A stretch of DNA of 64,000 bases. Source: Roseobacter sp. GTDB taxonomy: Bacteria; Pseudomonadota; Alphaproteobacteria; Rhodobacterales; Rhodobacteraceae. Within the stretch, counting starts at the first letter, position 1. Every line of letters starts with the position of its first letter. The translations under genes were made by a program, and so were the position numbers. The stretch is from NCBI GenBank assembly GCA_045106135.1, contig JBGCEG010000061.1, forward strand, positions 34,809 to 98,808, read 5' to 3'. The notes under the pieces are model-generated. The model ran no database searches. It had not been told where the DNA came from and saw only the letters and a list, made by a program, of their open reading frames with translations. Shown here piece by piece: positions 1 to 9,337 of this stretch.

Positions 1-26
1 CAGGCGCGCGTGAACAGGAGGGCATT

Positions 27-1535
27 TCAGTCACTGCGCGGGGCTCTCTTGCTGTCTTCAAGAATGTTGAGGTCCATGTGGTTGCGCATGTATTGCTCTG
101 AGGCCTGACGCAGGGGCTGATAGTCCCATGGGTAGTAACCGCCCTGTCGCAGCGCCTCGTAGACGACCCAGCGGCGCGCCTGACTGCGCCGCACCTGCGC
201 GTCATACTGGTCAAGATCCCAGCGCGCCTGCGATTTTGCCCGCAGGCTGTTGCGGGTGCCTTGATGCGCGGGATCCTCGGCCAGATTTGCAAGCTCGTGC
301 GGGTCCGCCTCCAGATCAAAGAGCTGGTCGGGGTCAAGCGTGCAGCGGTTGTACTTCCACCGCCCATAGCGCAGTGACACCATCGGCGCATAAGATGCCT
401 CCGCCGCGTATTCCATTGCAACGGGGGCGGTGCGTTCTTCCCCGCGCCCCAGTGGCACAAGGCTCTCCCCCGCTGTCCACGGGGCCACATCGGCCATCGA
501 CACGCCCGCCAGATCACACAAGGTTGGGCAGACATCGATGGTCGAGACAGGCGCATCATAGCGCCCCGGCGTCACACCGGGGGCCGCAATCATCAGCGGC
601 ACGCGGGCAGCGCCATCAAAGAAGGACATCTTGAACCACAATCCACGCTCGCCCAGCATATCCCCGTGATCAGAGACAAACAGGATGATCGGGTCTTGGC
701 CGGTGTCGTCGAGCACCTGCAAAATTTCCCCGATCTTGTCATCGAGGTAAGCGATGTTGGCGAAATAGGCGCGTCGGGATCGCCTGATATCTTCATCCGA
801 GATATCAAAGTTGCGCCAGTCATTCGCGTCGAAAATCCGCTGGCTGTGCGCGTCGTGATCGGCATAGTCCATCGCAGGTACCTGAGGCTGCAGATGGGCG
901 CAGTCAGCGTAGAGGTCCCAGTATTTCTGCCGCGCCACATAGGGATCATGGGGATGCGTAAAGCTGACGGTCAGGCACCACGGGCGCGCATCGGCACCGC
1001 GCGCCAGATCATAAAGCTTGCGCGTCGCGTTGTAGGCCACATCGTCGTCATATTCCAACTGGTTTGAGGTCTCTGCGACACCCGCCCTGGTCACCGACCC
1101 CATTTTGTGATACCACCAGTCAATACGTTCACCTGGTTTACGGTAGTCAGGCGTCCAGCCAAAATCCGCCGGATAAATATCCGTGGTCAACCGTTCCTCG
1201 AAGCCGTGCAGCTGATCGGGTCCGACAAAATGCATCTTGCCCGACAGGCACGTCTGATAGCCTGCGCGGCGCAGGTGATGCGCATAGGTGGGAATGTCAG
1301 AGGGAAATTCCGCTGCATTGTCATAGACACCGGTCATGGACGGCAACTGACCAGACATGAAGGCCGCGCGCCCCGGCGCACAAAGCGGACTAGCGGTATA
1401 GGCATTGCGAAACCGCGCAGACCGTGCAGCCAGCTTTTTGAGGTTGGGCGCGTGCAGCCAGTCCGCAGGGCCATCCGGGAAAAGTGTTCCGTTCAACTGG
1501 TCCACCATGAGGATCAGGATATCAGGACGGCTCAT
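27..1535 (-). CDS. betC: Choline sulfatase
   Basis: Sulfatase formylglycine motif SPLCAPGRAAFMSG, GKMHFVGPDQLHGFE, SDHGDMLGERG; directly downstream of betI. Confidence 0.95.
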   Translation of the reverse strand: MSRPDILILMVDQLNGTLFPDGPADWLHAPNLKKLAARSARFRNAYTASPLCAPGRAAFMSGQLPSMTGVYDNAAEFPSDIPTYAHHLRRAGYQTCLSGKMHFVGPDQLHGFEERLTTDIYPADFGWTPDYRKPGERIDWWYHKMGSVTRAGVAETSNQLEYDDDVAYNATRKLYDLARGADARPWCLTVSFTHPHDPYVARQKYWDLYADCAHLQPQVPAMDYADHDAHSQRIFDANDWRNFDISDEDIRRSRRAYFANIAYLDDKIGEILQVLDDTGQDPIILFVSDHGDMLGERGLWFKMSFFDGAARVPLMIAAPGVTPGRYDAPVSTIDVCPTLCDLAGVSMADVAPWTAGESLVPLGRGEERTAPVAMEYAAEASYAPMVSLRYGRWKYNRCTLDPDQLFDLEADPHELANLAEDPAHQGTRNSLRAKSQARWDLDQYDAQVRRSQARRWVVYEALRQGGYYPWDYQPLRQASEQYMRNHMDLNILEDSKRAPRSD

Positions 1536-2104
1536 GGCGCAGACCCCAGCATGGTGTCTACCGCATCAAGAACGGCAATGCGTGCCGCCTCAGGGGCCAG
1601 ACCCGCCAAAGCCGCGCGCAGATAAAACCCGTCGATCAAAGCGGCGATGGTGCTGGCATGCTTTTCCGGCGTTTCGCTGACGCACCGCAGATCATGCACC
1701 AGATTGCTGTGCAGACGCCGCTGGTAAAGACGCAACAGCTTTTCTGTCTCGCGATTGACCTGCGCGGACGCATAAAGCGCCATCCAGGCTGAAATCGTTG
1801 AGGGCGCAAAGCAGGACGCGGCGAAACTGGCCTCCACGATGGCTTCAATCCGCGCGCGGGGGCTTTTTGCGCATATCAGACGGGCCCGGACTTCAGAGCC
1901 AAAGTCGCGCAGGATTTGCCGCATCGCTGCGTTGAATATCTGATCCTTGCCGCCAAAATAGTGATGCGCCAGCGCCGACGACATGCCCGCCCGTTTGGCA
2001 ATTTGACTGACCGTGACATCCAGACTGCCACGGGTTCCGATCTCTGAAATCGTGGCCTCAATCAAAGACGCGCGGCGCAGCGGCTCCATTCCTACCTTCG
2101 GCAT
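1532..2104 (-). CDS. betI: TetR-family choline-responsive repressor BetI
   Basis: MPKVGMEPLRR N-terminus, TetR HTH, ALIDGFYLR C-terminal motif; stop overlaps betC ATG; start moved to ATG at 2104. Confidence 0.93.
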   Translation of the reverse strand: MPKVGMEPLRRASLIEATISEIGTRGSLDVTVSQIAKRAGMSSALAHHYFGGKDQIFNAAMRQILRDFGSEVRARLICAKSPRARIEAIVEASFAASCFAPSTISAWMALYASAQVNRETEKLLRLYQRRLHSNLVHDLRCVSETPEKHASTIAALIDGFYLRAALAGLAPEAARIAVLDAVDTMLGSAP

Positions 2105-2142
2105 AGTGTCCCTCACGTGATGCGGCCAGACCGTGAGGGTTT

Positions 2143-2162
2143 TTTATTGATCAGTCAATCAA
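2143..2162. promoter_or_regulatory. Putative BetI operator overlapping the betI -35 element
   Basis: ATTGA-TCAG-TCAAT palindrome at 2146-2159, about 40 bp upstream of betI; minus strand reads TTGACT-N17-CACGGT. Confidence 0.7.
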
Positions 2163-2168
2163 CAAAAA

Positions 2169-3074
2169 TCATGCTTTGGGTTCGTTGACCCCCGGCGTCA
2201 CGCGCGCGCGGTTTAAAACCGCCTCGCGCCATGTGATGAAAGTGACCGACCCCAGAATGACCAGACCACCGACAACGACCCAGACATCGATGGATTCGTC
2301 GAACACCAAGACGCCCAAAAGCACCGCCCAAACCAGTTGCGTAAAGGTGACCGGCTGCGTGACGGTCAGCGGCGCGGCGGCAAAGGCCAGCGTCATGGTG
2401 TAGTGGCCCGCCGTCGCAAAGCAGGCCACGCCGAACAGCAACACGAGATCGGGCAGCGTGGGCGTGACCCAGTCCATCAGCGCGAAAGGCGCCAGCACGA
2501 TCGTCACAAAAATTGACAGCATGGCCACCACAACAGAGGGTTTGACCTCGCTCGCCATGATCTTGGCTGTGAGGTACGACCCGCCAAAGGCAATCGCCGT
2601 AAACACCATCGCCAGATGGCCGGAACTGACTTCGCGCAGGCCTGGCCGCAGGATGATCAACGCCCCGATCAAGGCAGCCACGACCGCTGCAATCCGTCGA
2701 AAAGCCAGTTTTTCGCCCAGAAACAGCGCCGCCCCCAGGGTGACATAGACCGGGGCGAGGTAGTTCATCGCCGTCACATCCGCGATGGGGATACGCACCA
2801 TCGCGTAAAACCACAGCATGACCGCCACACCGTGCAACAGGCCGCGTGCGCCAAAAAGCTTCCACTGGCGCGGGGTCAGCTTGACCGCCCGCAGCGCCGA
2901 AAGCGCCGGGATCAGAAACACCAGCCCCAGCAGATACCTCAGGAACGCCATTTCAACCGGTGGCAGGCGCGAGCCCATGTATTTTACCAAAGCAGTCACA
3001 GAGATAAAGCAAAGCCCGGTCACAAACATCCAGAAGATGCCTTCAACAGGTCGGGAAGATTGTTCAGACGCCAT
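2169..3074 (-). CDS. DMT/EamA family transporter
   Basis: About 10 hydrophobic segments, two EamA repeats (FLRYLLGL, ALFLGEK). Confidence 0.85.
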   Translation of the reverse strand: MASEQSSRPVEGIFWMFVTGLCFISVTALVKYMGSRLPPVEMAFLRYLLGLVFLIPALSALRAVKLTPRQWKLFGARGLLHGVAVMLWFYAMVRIPIADVTAMNYLAPVYVTLGAALFLGEKLAFRRIAAVVAALIGALIILRPGLREVSSGHLAMVFTAIAFGGSYLTAKIMASEVKPSVVVAMLSIFVTIVLAPFALMDWVTPTLPDLVLLFGVACFATAGHYTMTLAFAAAPLTVTQPVTFTQLVWAVLLGVLVFDESIDVWVVVGGLVILGSVTFITWREAVLNRARVTPGVNEPKA

Positions 3075-3113
3075 GCCCGTTAAAGACCGTGTTTCGCGCC
3101 CTCTTGCAAGGGA

Positions 3114-3713
3114 TCACAGAAACAGCAGCTTAAGTGCGATCGCCCACATGGTCAGCGCCACGACAGCATCAAGGATCTGCCAACTGCGCGGGCGCGCAAA
3201 GAGCGGCGCAAGCAACCGCGCACCAAACCCGAGCGAAAAGAAAAACGTAAAGCTCGCGGTGACGGCCCCTGCGGCAAAGGCCACACGGTCGTCATATTGG
3301 GCAGAGATCGACCCCAGCAGCACAACCGTGTCAAGATAGACATGAGGGTTCAGCCAGGTCAGAGCCAGCGCTGTCAGCAAGGTGGGCATGCGCCCGGCAG
3401 ACACCTCTGAGGACGCTTCAAGCGATTGCCCGCCCTGCCACGCAGCCTGCGCATTGCGCCACCCGTACCAGCCCAGAAAAGCAGCCCCGCCATAGCGCAT
3501 CGCCGTCTCAAACCACGGAACCGCCTCTGCCAGAGCGCCAAAACCTGCCACGCCCGCGACGATCAGAATGGCGTCAGACAGCGCGCATGCCAGACAGACG
3601 ATGAAGATGTGCTGCTGGCGCAATCCCTGCCGCAGCACAAAGGCATTCTGCGCCCCAATCGCCAGAATAAGCGACAGCCCCAGAAAGAAACCTGGCAGGA
3701 ATGCCTGTGCCAT
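3114..3713 (-). CDS. LysE/ArgO family amino-acid exporter
   Basis: LILAIGAQNAFVLRQG and TWLNPHVYLDT motifs; GGGAGG SD before ATG at 3713. Confidence 0.9.
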   Translation of the reverse strand: MAQAFLPGFFLGLSLILAIGAQNAFVLRQGLRQQHIFIVCLACALSDAILIVAGVAGFGALAEAVPWFETAMRYGGAAFLGWYGWRNAQAAWQGGQSLEASSEVSAGRMPTLLTALALTWLNPHVYLDTVVLLGSISAQYDDRVAFAAGAVTASFTFFFSLGFGARLLAPLFARPRSWQILDAVVALTMWAIALKLLFL

Positions 3714-3947
3714 ATGCGCCTCCCACTCAGCGTCCTGCAACGTCTCTAACGCCAGACTAACCCCCTCTCAACAAGGAATTTTCACCGCTCTGTCCGGTGT
3801 TGCCCGCCGTAAAAGGTAACCTGGCGGCACCCGGACCTCACGATGAAGTGAATTGTAACAATACAATCACGGAAATCTCATGAGAGATGATTGGCGTATA
3901 CCTCTTTGATCCCCATATCGTGGGGCAGGTAAAAGGGATGGCACGCA

Positions 3948-4211
3948 ATGTTTGATGATCTGAACAGACTGGAACTTACAGCCAAAGATATTGAGTTAAT
4001 TGAATCCGCGCTTCACACGCAAAAGAAAATTCTGTCAGTGCAAAGCGAGGCAGGCGGCGCGGGTGCGCGCCAGAAACTGTCGGACGTAAAACACCTGATG
4101 AAACGCGTCACCCGTGCGGGCCGCGCGGATGCCACGCCAAAACTGACCGCGTGGGGTCATATCCGCAAATCGTTTATGTGCGCCAGCGGTGACTGCTCAG
4201 AGGTGCGGTAA
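3948..4211 (+). CDS. Hypothetical protein (87 aa)
   Basis: AGGGA SD-like sequence, ATG start, helical amphipathic composition, fills the gap between genes. Confidence 0.6.
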   Translation: MFDDLNRLELTAKDIELIESALHTQKKILSVQSEAGGAGARQKLSDVKHLMKRVTRAGRADATPKLTAWGHIRKSFMCASGDCSEVR

Positions 4212-4220
4212 GCGCCCGTG

Positions 4221-4961
4221 TTACAGTGCTTCCATCACCTCGTCTGAGGCTTCCCAGTTGTCGGTGACGCGTTGCACATCGTCGTCGTCTTCAAGCGCAT
4301 CAATTAGCCGCATCAGCTTTTGCATGCCTTCAAGGTCCATCTCTGTGGTGGTGGTGGGCCGCCAGACCAGCTTTGTCTGATCGGATTCGCCCAGTTCCGC
4401 TTCCAGCGCGGTCGCCACATCGTTCAGGTCCGTATCTGCGCACCAGATCACATGCCCGTCTTCAGAGCTTTCGACATCTTCAGCCCCGGCCTCAATGGCC
4501 GCCATCATAATGGTGTCCGCGTCGCCTGCCTCAGCGGGATAGGTGACCTCTCCCTTACGTTCGAACATGAACCCGACGGAGCCTGTCTCGCCAAGGTTGC
4601 CGCCGTTTTTTGAAAACGTGGAGCGCACGGTTGAGGCCGTCCGGTTACGGTTGTCCGTCATCGTCTCAACAATCACGGCAACACCGTTTGGCCCGTACCC
4701 TTCATAGCGGATTTCTTCGTAGTCTTCGCCATCGCCACCGGTCGCCTTGTTAATGGCGCGTTCGATGTTGTCCTTGGGCATGGACTGCGATTTCGCCTCT
4801 TTCACCGCAAGCCGAAGGCGCGGGTTTTTGTCGGGGTCGGGGTCGCCCATTTTCGCGGCAATCGTAATCTCCTTGCTGAACTTGGAGAAAAGCTTGGCGC
4901 GCATTTTGTCCTGCCGCCCCTTACGGTGTTGGATGTTTGCCCATTTTGAATGGCCTGCCAT
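4221..4961 (-). CDS. yebC: YebC/PmpR family protein
   Basis: [30 protein letters not shown] motifs; start moved to 4961. Confidence 0.95.
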   Translation of the reverse strand: MAGHSKWANIQHRKGRQDKMRAKLFSKFSKEITIAAKMGDPDPDKNPRLRLAVKEAKSQSMPKDNIERAINKATGGDGEDYEEIRYEGYGPNGVAVIVETMTDNRNRTASTVRSTFSKNGGNLGETGSVGFMFERKGEVTYPAEAGDADTIMMAAIEAGAEDVESSEDGHVIWCADTDLNDVATALEAELGESDQTKLVWRPTTTTEMDLEGMQKLMRLIDALEDDDDVQRVTDNWEASDEVMEAL

Positions 4962-5088
4962 GCTCCGCAGCTCCCTTATAACGACGGTCGAGATGTGAAA
5001 GTGTCTATAGAACAGGCGTCCCGGCGGGGGCAAGAGCACCCGTTGCTTAACCTATAGCGGTCCTGCAGCTTCTGCCCTATCGTGAGAC

Positions 5089-5370
5089 ATGGCCAAGCTG
5101 ACCCAAATCCCCCCTTGCGGGACGACCCACGATCTGGCGGCTTCGCGCGCCTTTTTCGCGGAACGGGAGAGGTTTACCTGCAGGGTTGCCGCCGACACCC
5201 CGTATGTTGACGCGCTTGTCGCGACATCGCAGCCCGCGCTGGACCGAATGCCGCCGGACCACCTGCGCCCAGCGTTTAATCAGCCCTACGGCCAAAAGGC
5301 ATTTCACGGCAAGGAACCCGATAGCAGGCGTTTAATCTTCCGCTCGGGCGGTGTGGGGTCCACATGCTGA
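5089..5370 (+). pseudogene. Degenerate VOC/glyoxalase-bleomycin-resistance family gene
   Basis: Keeps the N-terminal DLAASRAFF and C-terminal FNQPYGQKAFH..PD motifs, but is short and appears to lack the central part. Confidence 0.5.
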
Positions 5371-5394
5371 TCTCTCGCCCCAAGACAGGCCCCT

Positions 5395-7167
5395 ATGACC
5401 TCTGATCAAGCCATTCTGTTCGGGCTTTTTGCAGCCGTCTTTGGCCTGCTGCTGTGGGGCAAATACCGCTATGACATTGTGGCCTTTGGGGCGCTGATGG
5501 TCGGCGTCGTGCTTGGGGTCGTGCCCACCGCCGACGCCTTTTCCGGATTTGGCCACCCGGCGACGCTGGTTGTCGCCCTTGTGCTGGTGGTCTCCGCCGG
5601 GCTTGTCCGCTCGGGCGCTGTGTATCTGATCACGCGCACGCTGGTGGATGCCTCGCGGGGGCTGGCCGCCCATATTGCCCTGATGGGGGCCGTGGGCGGC
5701 ATCCTGTCGGCGTTTATGAACAACGTCGCGGCCCTTGCGTTGCTCATGCCCGTGGACGTTCAGACCGCGCGCAAGGCGGGCCGCGCACCGGGGTTGAGCC
5801 TGATGCCCCTGAGCTTTGCCACTATTCTGGGCGGCATGGTCACGTTGATCGGCACCCCGCCCAACATCATCATCGCCTCAATCCGCGAAGAAGCGCTTGG
5901 CGCACCCTTTGCCATGTTCGATTTCGCCCCCGTCGGCGGGGCGGCAGCGCTTGCAGGGCTGGCCTTTGTGGCTCTGGTGGGGTGGCGTCTGATCCCGTCA
6001 CCGGAACAGGACGCAGGCTCTGCCAGCGAGTTGTCCCAGTATATCGCGGAACTGGTTGTGCCAGCAGAAAACAAGCAAATCGGCAAGCGTTTGGCCGAAC
6101 TGACCGGTGCCGCTGACGCCGCCGATGTCGCCATTCTGGGGATGATCCGGGACGGCACAAGGCTTTACGGTCAGGCGCGCAACACCGAAATCCGCGCGGG
6201 CGACGCGCTGGTGCTGGAGGCCACGCCCGAAGCGTTGGATGAGTTCCGCGCCAGCCTTGATCTGGGCCTTGCGGATGAGGCGCGCAGTGCCGCGCTCAAC
6301 GCCGAAGGCGACGGGGTTGAGGTTATCGAAGTTGTGGTGCCCGAAGACGCGCGTATTCAGGGCAAGACCGCGCAGGCCATCGGGTTGCACTGGAGGCAGC
6401 GCGCCGTGTTGCTGGGCATTTCCCGGCGCGGCAAACGGGTGCAAAAGCACATCCGGCGCACCCCCATCCAAACCGGCGACCTGCTGTTGTTGCTGGTGCC
6501 GCGCGACACAGGCGCTGACGTGACGGATTGGCTGGGCTGTCTGACGCTGGCCGAACGCGGGCTGGCGGTCACGCTGAACCGCAAGGTTTGGCTGGCCATC
6601 GCTCTGTTTGCGGCAGCCGTTGCGGCGGCGAGCCTTGGCCTGCTGTATCTGCCCATCGCGCTGGGGCTGGTGGTCGTAGCCTATGTGCTGACCGGCATCA
6701 TGCCCCTGTCGGAGATGTACGACCACATCAACTGGCCCGTGGTGGTTTTGTTGGGGTCGATGATCCCGCTGGGGGCGGCGCTTGATGGCTCTGGTGGCAC
6801 AGCCCTGATCGCAGGTACCCTGATCACGCTGACAGAAGGTCTGGCCCCGTGGGTCGTGCTGACGGTTCTGATGGTGGTGACCATGACCCTGTCAGATGTG
6901 CTGAACAACACGGCCACGACGATCGTGGCCGCCCCCGTGGGGATCGAGATGGCGCGCGCGCTCGATGTCTCGCCTGATCCGTTCCTGATGGCCGTTGCTG
7001 TCGCTGCCTCCGCCGCCTTTCTGACCCCCATCGGGCACAAGAACAACACGTTGGTCCTTGGCCCCGGCGGGTACCGGTTTGGCGATTACTGGCGCATGGG
7101 ATTACCGCTGGAGATCATCGTGGTCGCGGTCACCATCCCGACGATCCTGCTGGTCTGGCCGCTCTGA
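5395..7167 (+). CDS. SLC13/DASS-like permease with TrkA-C (RCK_C) domains
   Basis: AFMNN, TLIGTPPN, LNNTAT, TPIGHKNN..GPGGYRFGD motifs; central soluble RCK_C region. Confidence 0.9.
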   Translation: MTSDQAILFGLFAAVFGLLLWGKYRYDIVAFGALMVGVVLGVVPTADAFSGFGHPATLVVALVLVVSAGLVRSGAVYLITRTLVDASRGLAAHIALMGAVGGILSAFMNNVAALALLMPVDVQTARKAGRAPGLSLMPLSFATILGGMVTLIGTPPNIIIASIREEALGAPFAMFDFAPVGGAAALAGLAFVALVGWRLIPSPEQDAGSASELSQYIAELVVPAENKQIGKRLAELTGAADAADVAILGMIRDGTRLYGQARNTEIRAGDALVLEATPEALDEFRASLDLGLADEARSAALNAEGDGVEVIEVVVPEDARIQGKTAQAIGLHWRQRAVLLGISRRGKRVQKHIRRTPIQTGDLLLLLVPRDTGADVTDWLGCLTLAERGLAVTLNRKVWLAIALFAAAVAAASLGLLYLPIALGLVVVAYVLTGIMPLSEMYDHINWPVVVLLGSMIPLGAALDGSGGTALIAGTLITLTEGLAPWVVLTVLMVVTMTLSDVLNNTATTIVAAPVGIEMARALDVSPDPFLMAVAVAASAAFLTPIGHKNNTLVLGPGGYRFGDYWRMGLPLEIIVVAVTIPTILLVWPL

Positions 7168-7228
7168 TCAGTCCGGCGCGGCACGGGGGCCTGTGCTGGC
7201 GCCTGCTCGCGGCGGCGCACGCCAGCCT

Positions 7229-7396
7229 TTACGACTGGCCATAAACCGTTTGATGCGCAATGTGGTAAGCGTCTTCGGGGAACATCCCCAGATCAATCGC
7301 CGTCTCGCGCGGCATGCTGCGCAGTTCATGATAGATACGGTTGAAACGCGCGCGCTTTTCTGCGGCGGTGCGCAGTTTGTCTACGATATATGTCAT
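7229..7396 (-). CDS. Short DUF1127-like protein (55 aa)
   Basis: RARFNRIYHELRSMPRETAIDLGM matches the DUF1127 EL..L....L.DLG pattern; AGGA SD before ATG at 7396. Confidence 0.75.
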   Translation of the reverse strand: MTYIVDKLRTAAEKRARFNRIYHELRSMPRETAIDLGMFPEDAYHIAHQTVYGQS

Positions 7397-7486
7397 ACTG
7401 TTTATCCTGTACAAAAGTGCCCTCCCTGACGCGCAAGGTGGGGCCGTTCGCAGGCACAGACAACTGACAGAATTGAAACGCCGCCT

Positions 7487-7499
7487 TGCACAGAATGCA
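7487..7499. promoter_or_regulatory. Putative LysR-type binding box upstream of the DUF1127-like gene
   Basis: TGCA-CAGAA-TGCA dyad fitting T-N11-A, about 90 bp upstream of the start. Confidence 0.45.
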
Positions 7500-7517
7500 T
7501 GGCGGGTTAATCGCTGG

Positions 7518-9299
7518 TTAAAGCGGCCAGACCAACGGGATAATCAGAGAGGCGACCAAGGCAACAGACAGGTTCAGCGGCAGGCCCACGCGGATAAAAT
7601 CAGTAAAGCGATACCCGCCCGGACCGTAAACAAGCGTGTTTGTCTGATATCCGATCGGGGTCGCAAAGGCGCAGGAGGCCGCGATCATCACAGCCACTGC
7701 GAAAGGGCGCGGGTCCAGCCCCAAAGCCGCCGCCAGACCAATCGCCAAGGGCGTCATAATCACCGCAACCGCATTGTTTGACACCAGTTCGGTCAGCGTC
7801 GATGTCATCAGGAAAACCGCAAGGATAACGACACCCGGCGGCAGTTGCGTCACAAACGGGGTAAGCGCATCAACGATCAGCGCAATAGCCCCGGTGTGCT
7901 GCAGCGACGCGCCCACCGCCAGCATCGAAAAGATCAAGGCCAGCAGCCGCCCGTCCACGAACGAGAACGCTTCATCCGCGTCAATACACCCTGTCGCCAG
8001 CACAACGGCGACCGCAAGAACGGCCAGCAGCAAAATGGGGGCTACATTCAAGGCCGCCAGCCCAACGATCCCGACCAGCGCTGCGATGGCAATAGGCGCA
8101 TGGCGACGGCGGTAGGCTCGGTCAGACGGGTGGCTGACATCGACCAGTTCCATGTCGAGGGCCAGACGCTGAATATCCTCTGGTGCGCCTTCGAGCAGCA
8201 AGGTGTCGCCAACGCGCACAACCAGATCGTCCAGCTGACGCCCGATGTTCTGGTTCCGGCGGTGCACAGCCAGCGGATAAACGCCGTAGCGACGTCGCAG
8301 GCGCAACACGCCCAGACTGCGCCCGACCATACGACACCCCGGCGTAATCAGGACTTCGACGGTGGTTGTCTCCACGCTGGAAACCTGATCCACCCGTTTG
8401 AGGGATTTATTGCGTTGCAAGGACAGGATTTCCGTCATCTGCGTGCGCAGAACAATGCGGTCGCCCACCTCCAATGCGACGCCGGTCAAGGCCCGTCGCA
8501 GCGACGTGTCGCCGCGCACCACGTCGATCAATCGCACGCCGGGGCGTTTGAACAGCTGCACGCCCAAAACCTCCCGACCGATCAGATTGCTTTCGGGCGG
8601 GATGACCACTTCGGTAAAGAACTTCATTTTGGAACGGTCCGAAAGCATCGCCGCCATGCTGTCACGGTCCGGCAACAGGCGCGGCGCGATGAAGCCAAGG
8701 TAGATCAGCCCCCAGGCGCAGACCACCATGCCAACGGGCAAAATCTCGAAGATCGAGAAAGGCTCCAGCCCCTCCGTGCGGGCGACACCATCGACCAGCA
8801 GGTTTGTCGAGGTGCCAATCAAGGTCAGCGACCCGCCCATGATTGCCGCATAAGACAGCGGGATCAGCAGTTTAGATGCCTTGGTGCCCAGCGTCTTGGA
8901 CAATTGCACCATCACCGGGATCATCACGACCACGACCGGCGTGTTGTTCATCACGGCGGACGCGCCCATCACAGACAGAATGACCCCCGCCAAGGCCCGT
9001 TTGGGATTGCGCTGCGCCTGCCGTTCGGCCATCTGCGTCAGGCGGTCCAGCGCGCCGGTCCGGACCAGCGCCCCCATCACGATAAACATCGCAGCGATGG
9101 TCCAGGGGGCCGTATTGCTCAGCACCGCCACGGCGCTGTCGTAGGGCAACAGCCCCAGGGCCAGCAGAACCGACGCCCCGACCAGAGCCGTGACTTCCGT
9201 TGGAAAGGTCTCGCGCACAAAAAGGGTGAACATCCCTGCCACGACCAACAAGGCGACAAGGGGCGCTGCGGTCTGTGGAACCTCGAAGGCGGCCAGCAT
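7518..9299 (-). CDS. SLC13/DASS-like permease with TrkA-C domains (second paralog)
   Basis: MNNTPVV, TLIGTSTN, VSNNA, TPIGYQTN..GPGGYRFTD motifs. Confidence 0.9.
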   Translation of the reverse strand: MLAAFEVPQTAAPLVALLVVAGMFTLFVRETFPTEVTALVGASVLLALGLLPYDSAVAVLSNTAPWTIAAMFIVMGALVRTGALDRLTQMAERQAQRNPKRALAGVILSVMGASAVMNNTPVVVVMIPVMVQLSKTLGTKASKLLIPLSYAAIMGGSLTLIGTSTNLLVDGVARTEGLEPFSIFEILPVGMVVCAWGLIYLGFIAPRLLPDRDSMAAMLSDRSKMKFFTEVVIPPESNLIGREVLGVQLFKRPGVRLIDVVRGDTSLRRALTGVALEVGDRIVLRTQMTEILSLQRNKSLKRVDQVSSVETTTVEVLITPGCRMVGRSLGVLRLRRRYGVYPLAVHRRNQNIGRQLDDLVVRVGDTLLLEGAPEDIQRLALDMELVDVSHPSDRAYRRRHAPIAIAALVGIVGLAALNVAPILLLAVLAVAVVLATGCIDADEAFSFVDGRLLALIFSMLAVGASLQHTGAIALIVDALTPFVTQLPPGVVILAVFLMTSTLTELVSNNAVAVIMTPLAIGLAAALGLDPRPFAVAVMIAASCAFATPIGYQTNTLVYGPGGYRFTDFIRVGLPLNLSVALVASLIIPLVWPL

Positions 9300-9337
9300 A
9301 TCTTCAGTCTCCGCTTGGCAAAATCATGCGCCTGCGC

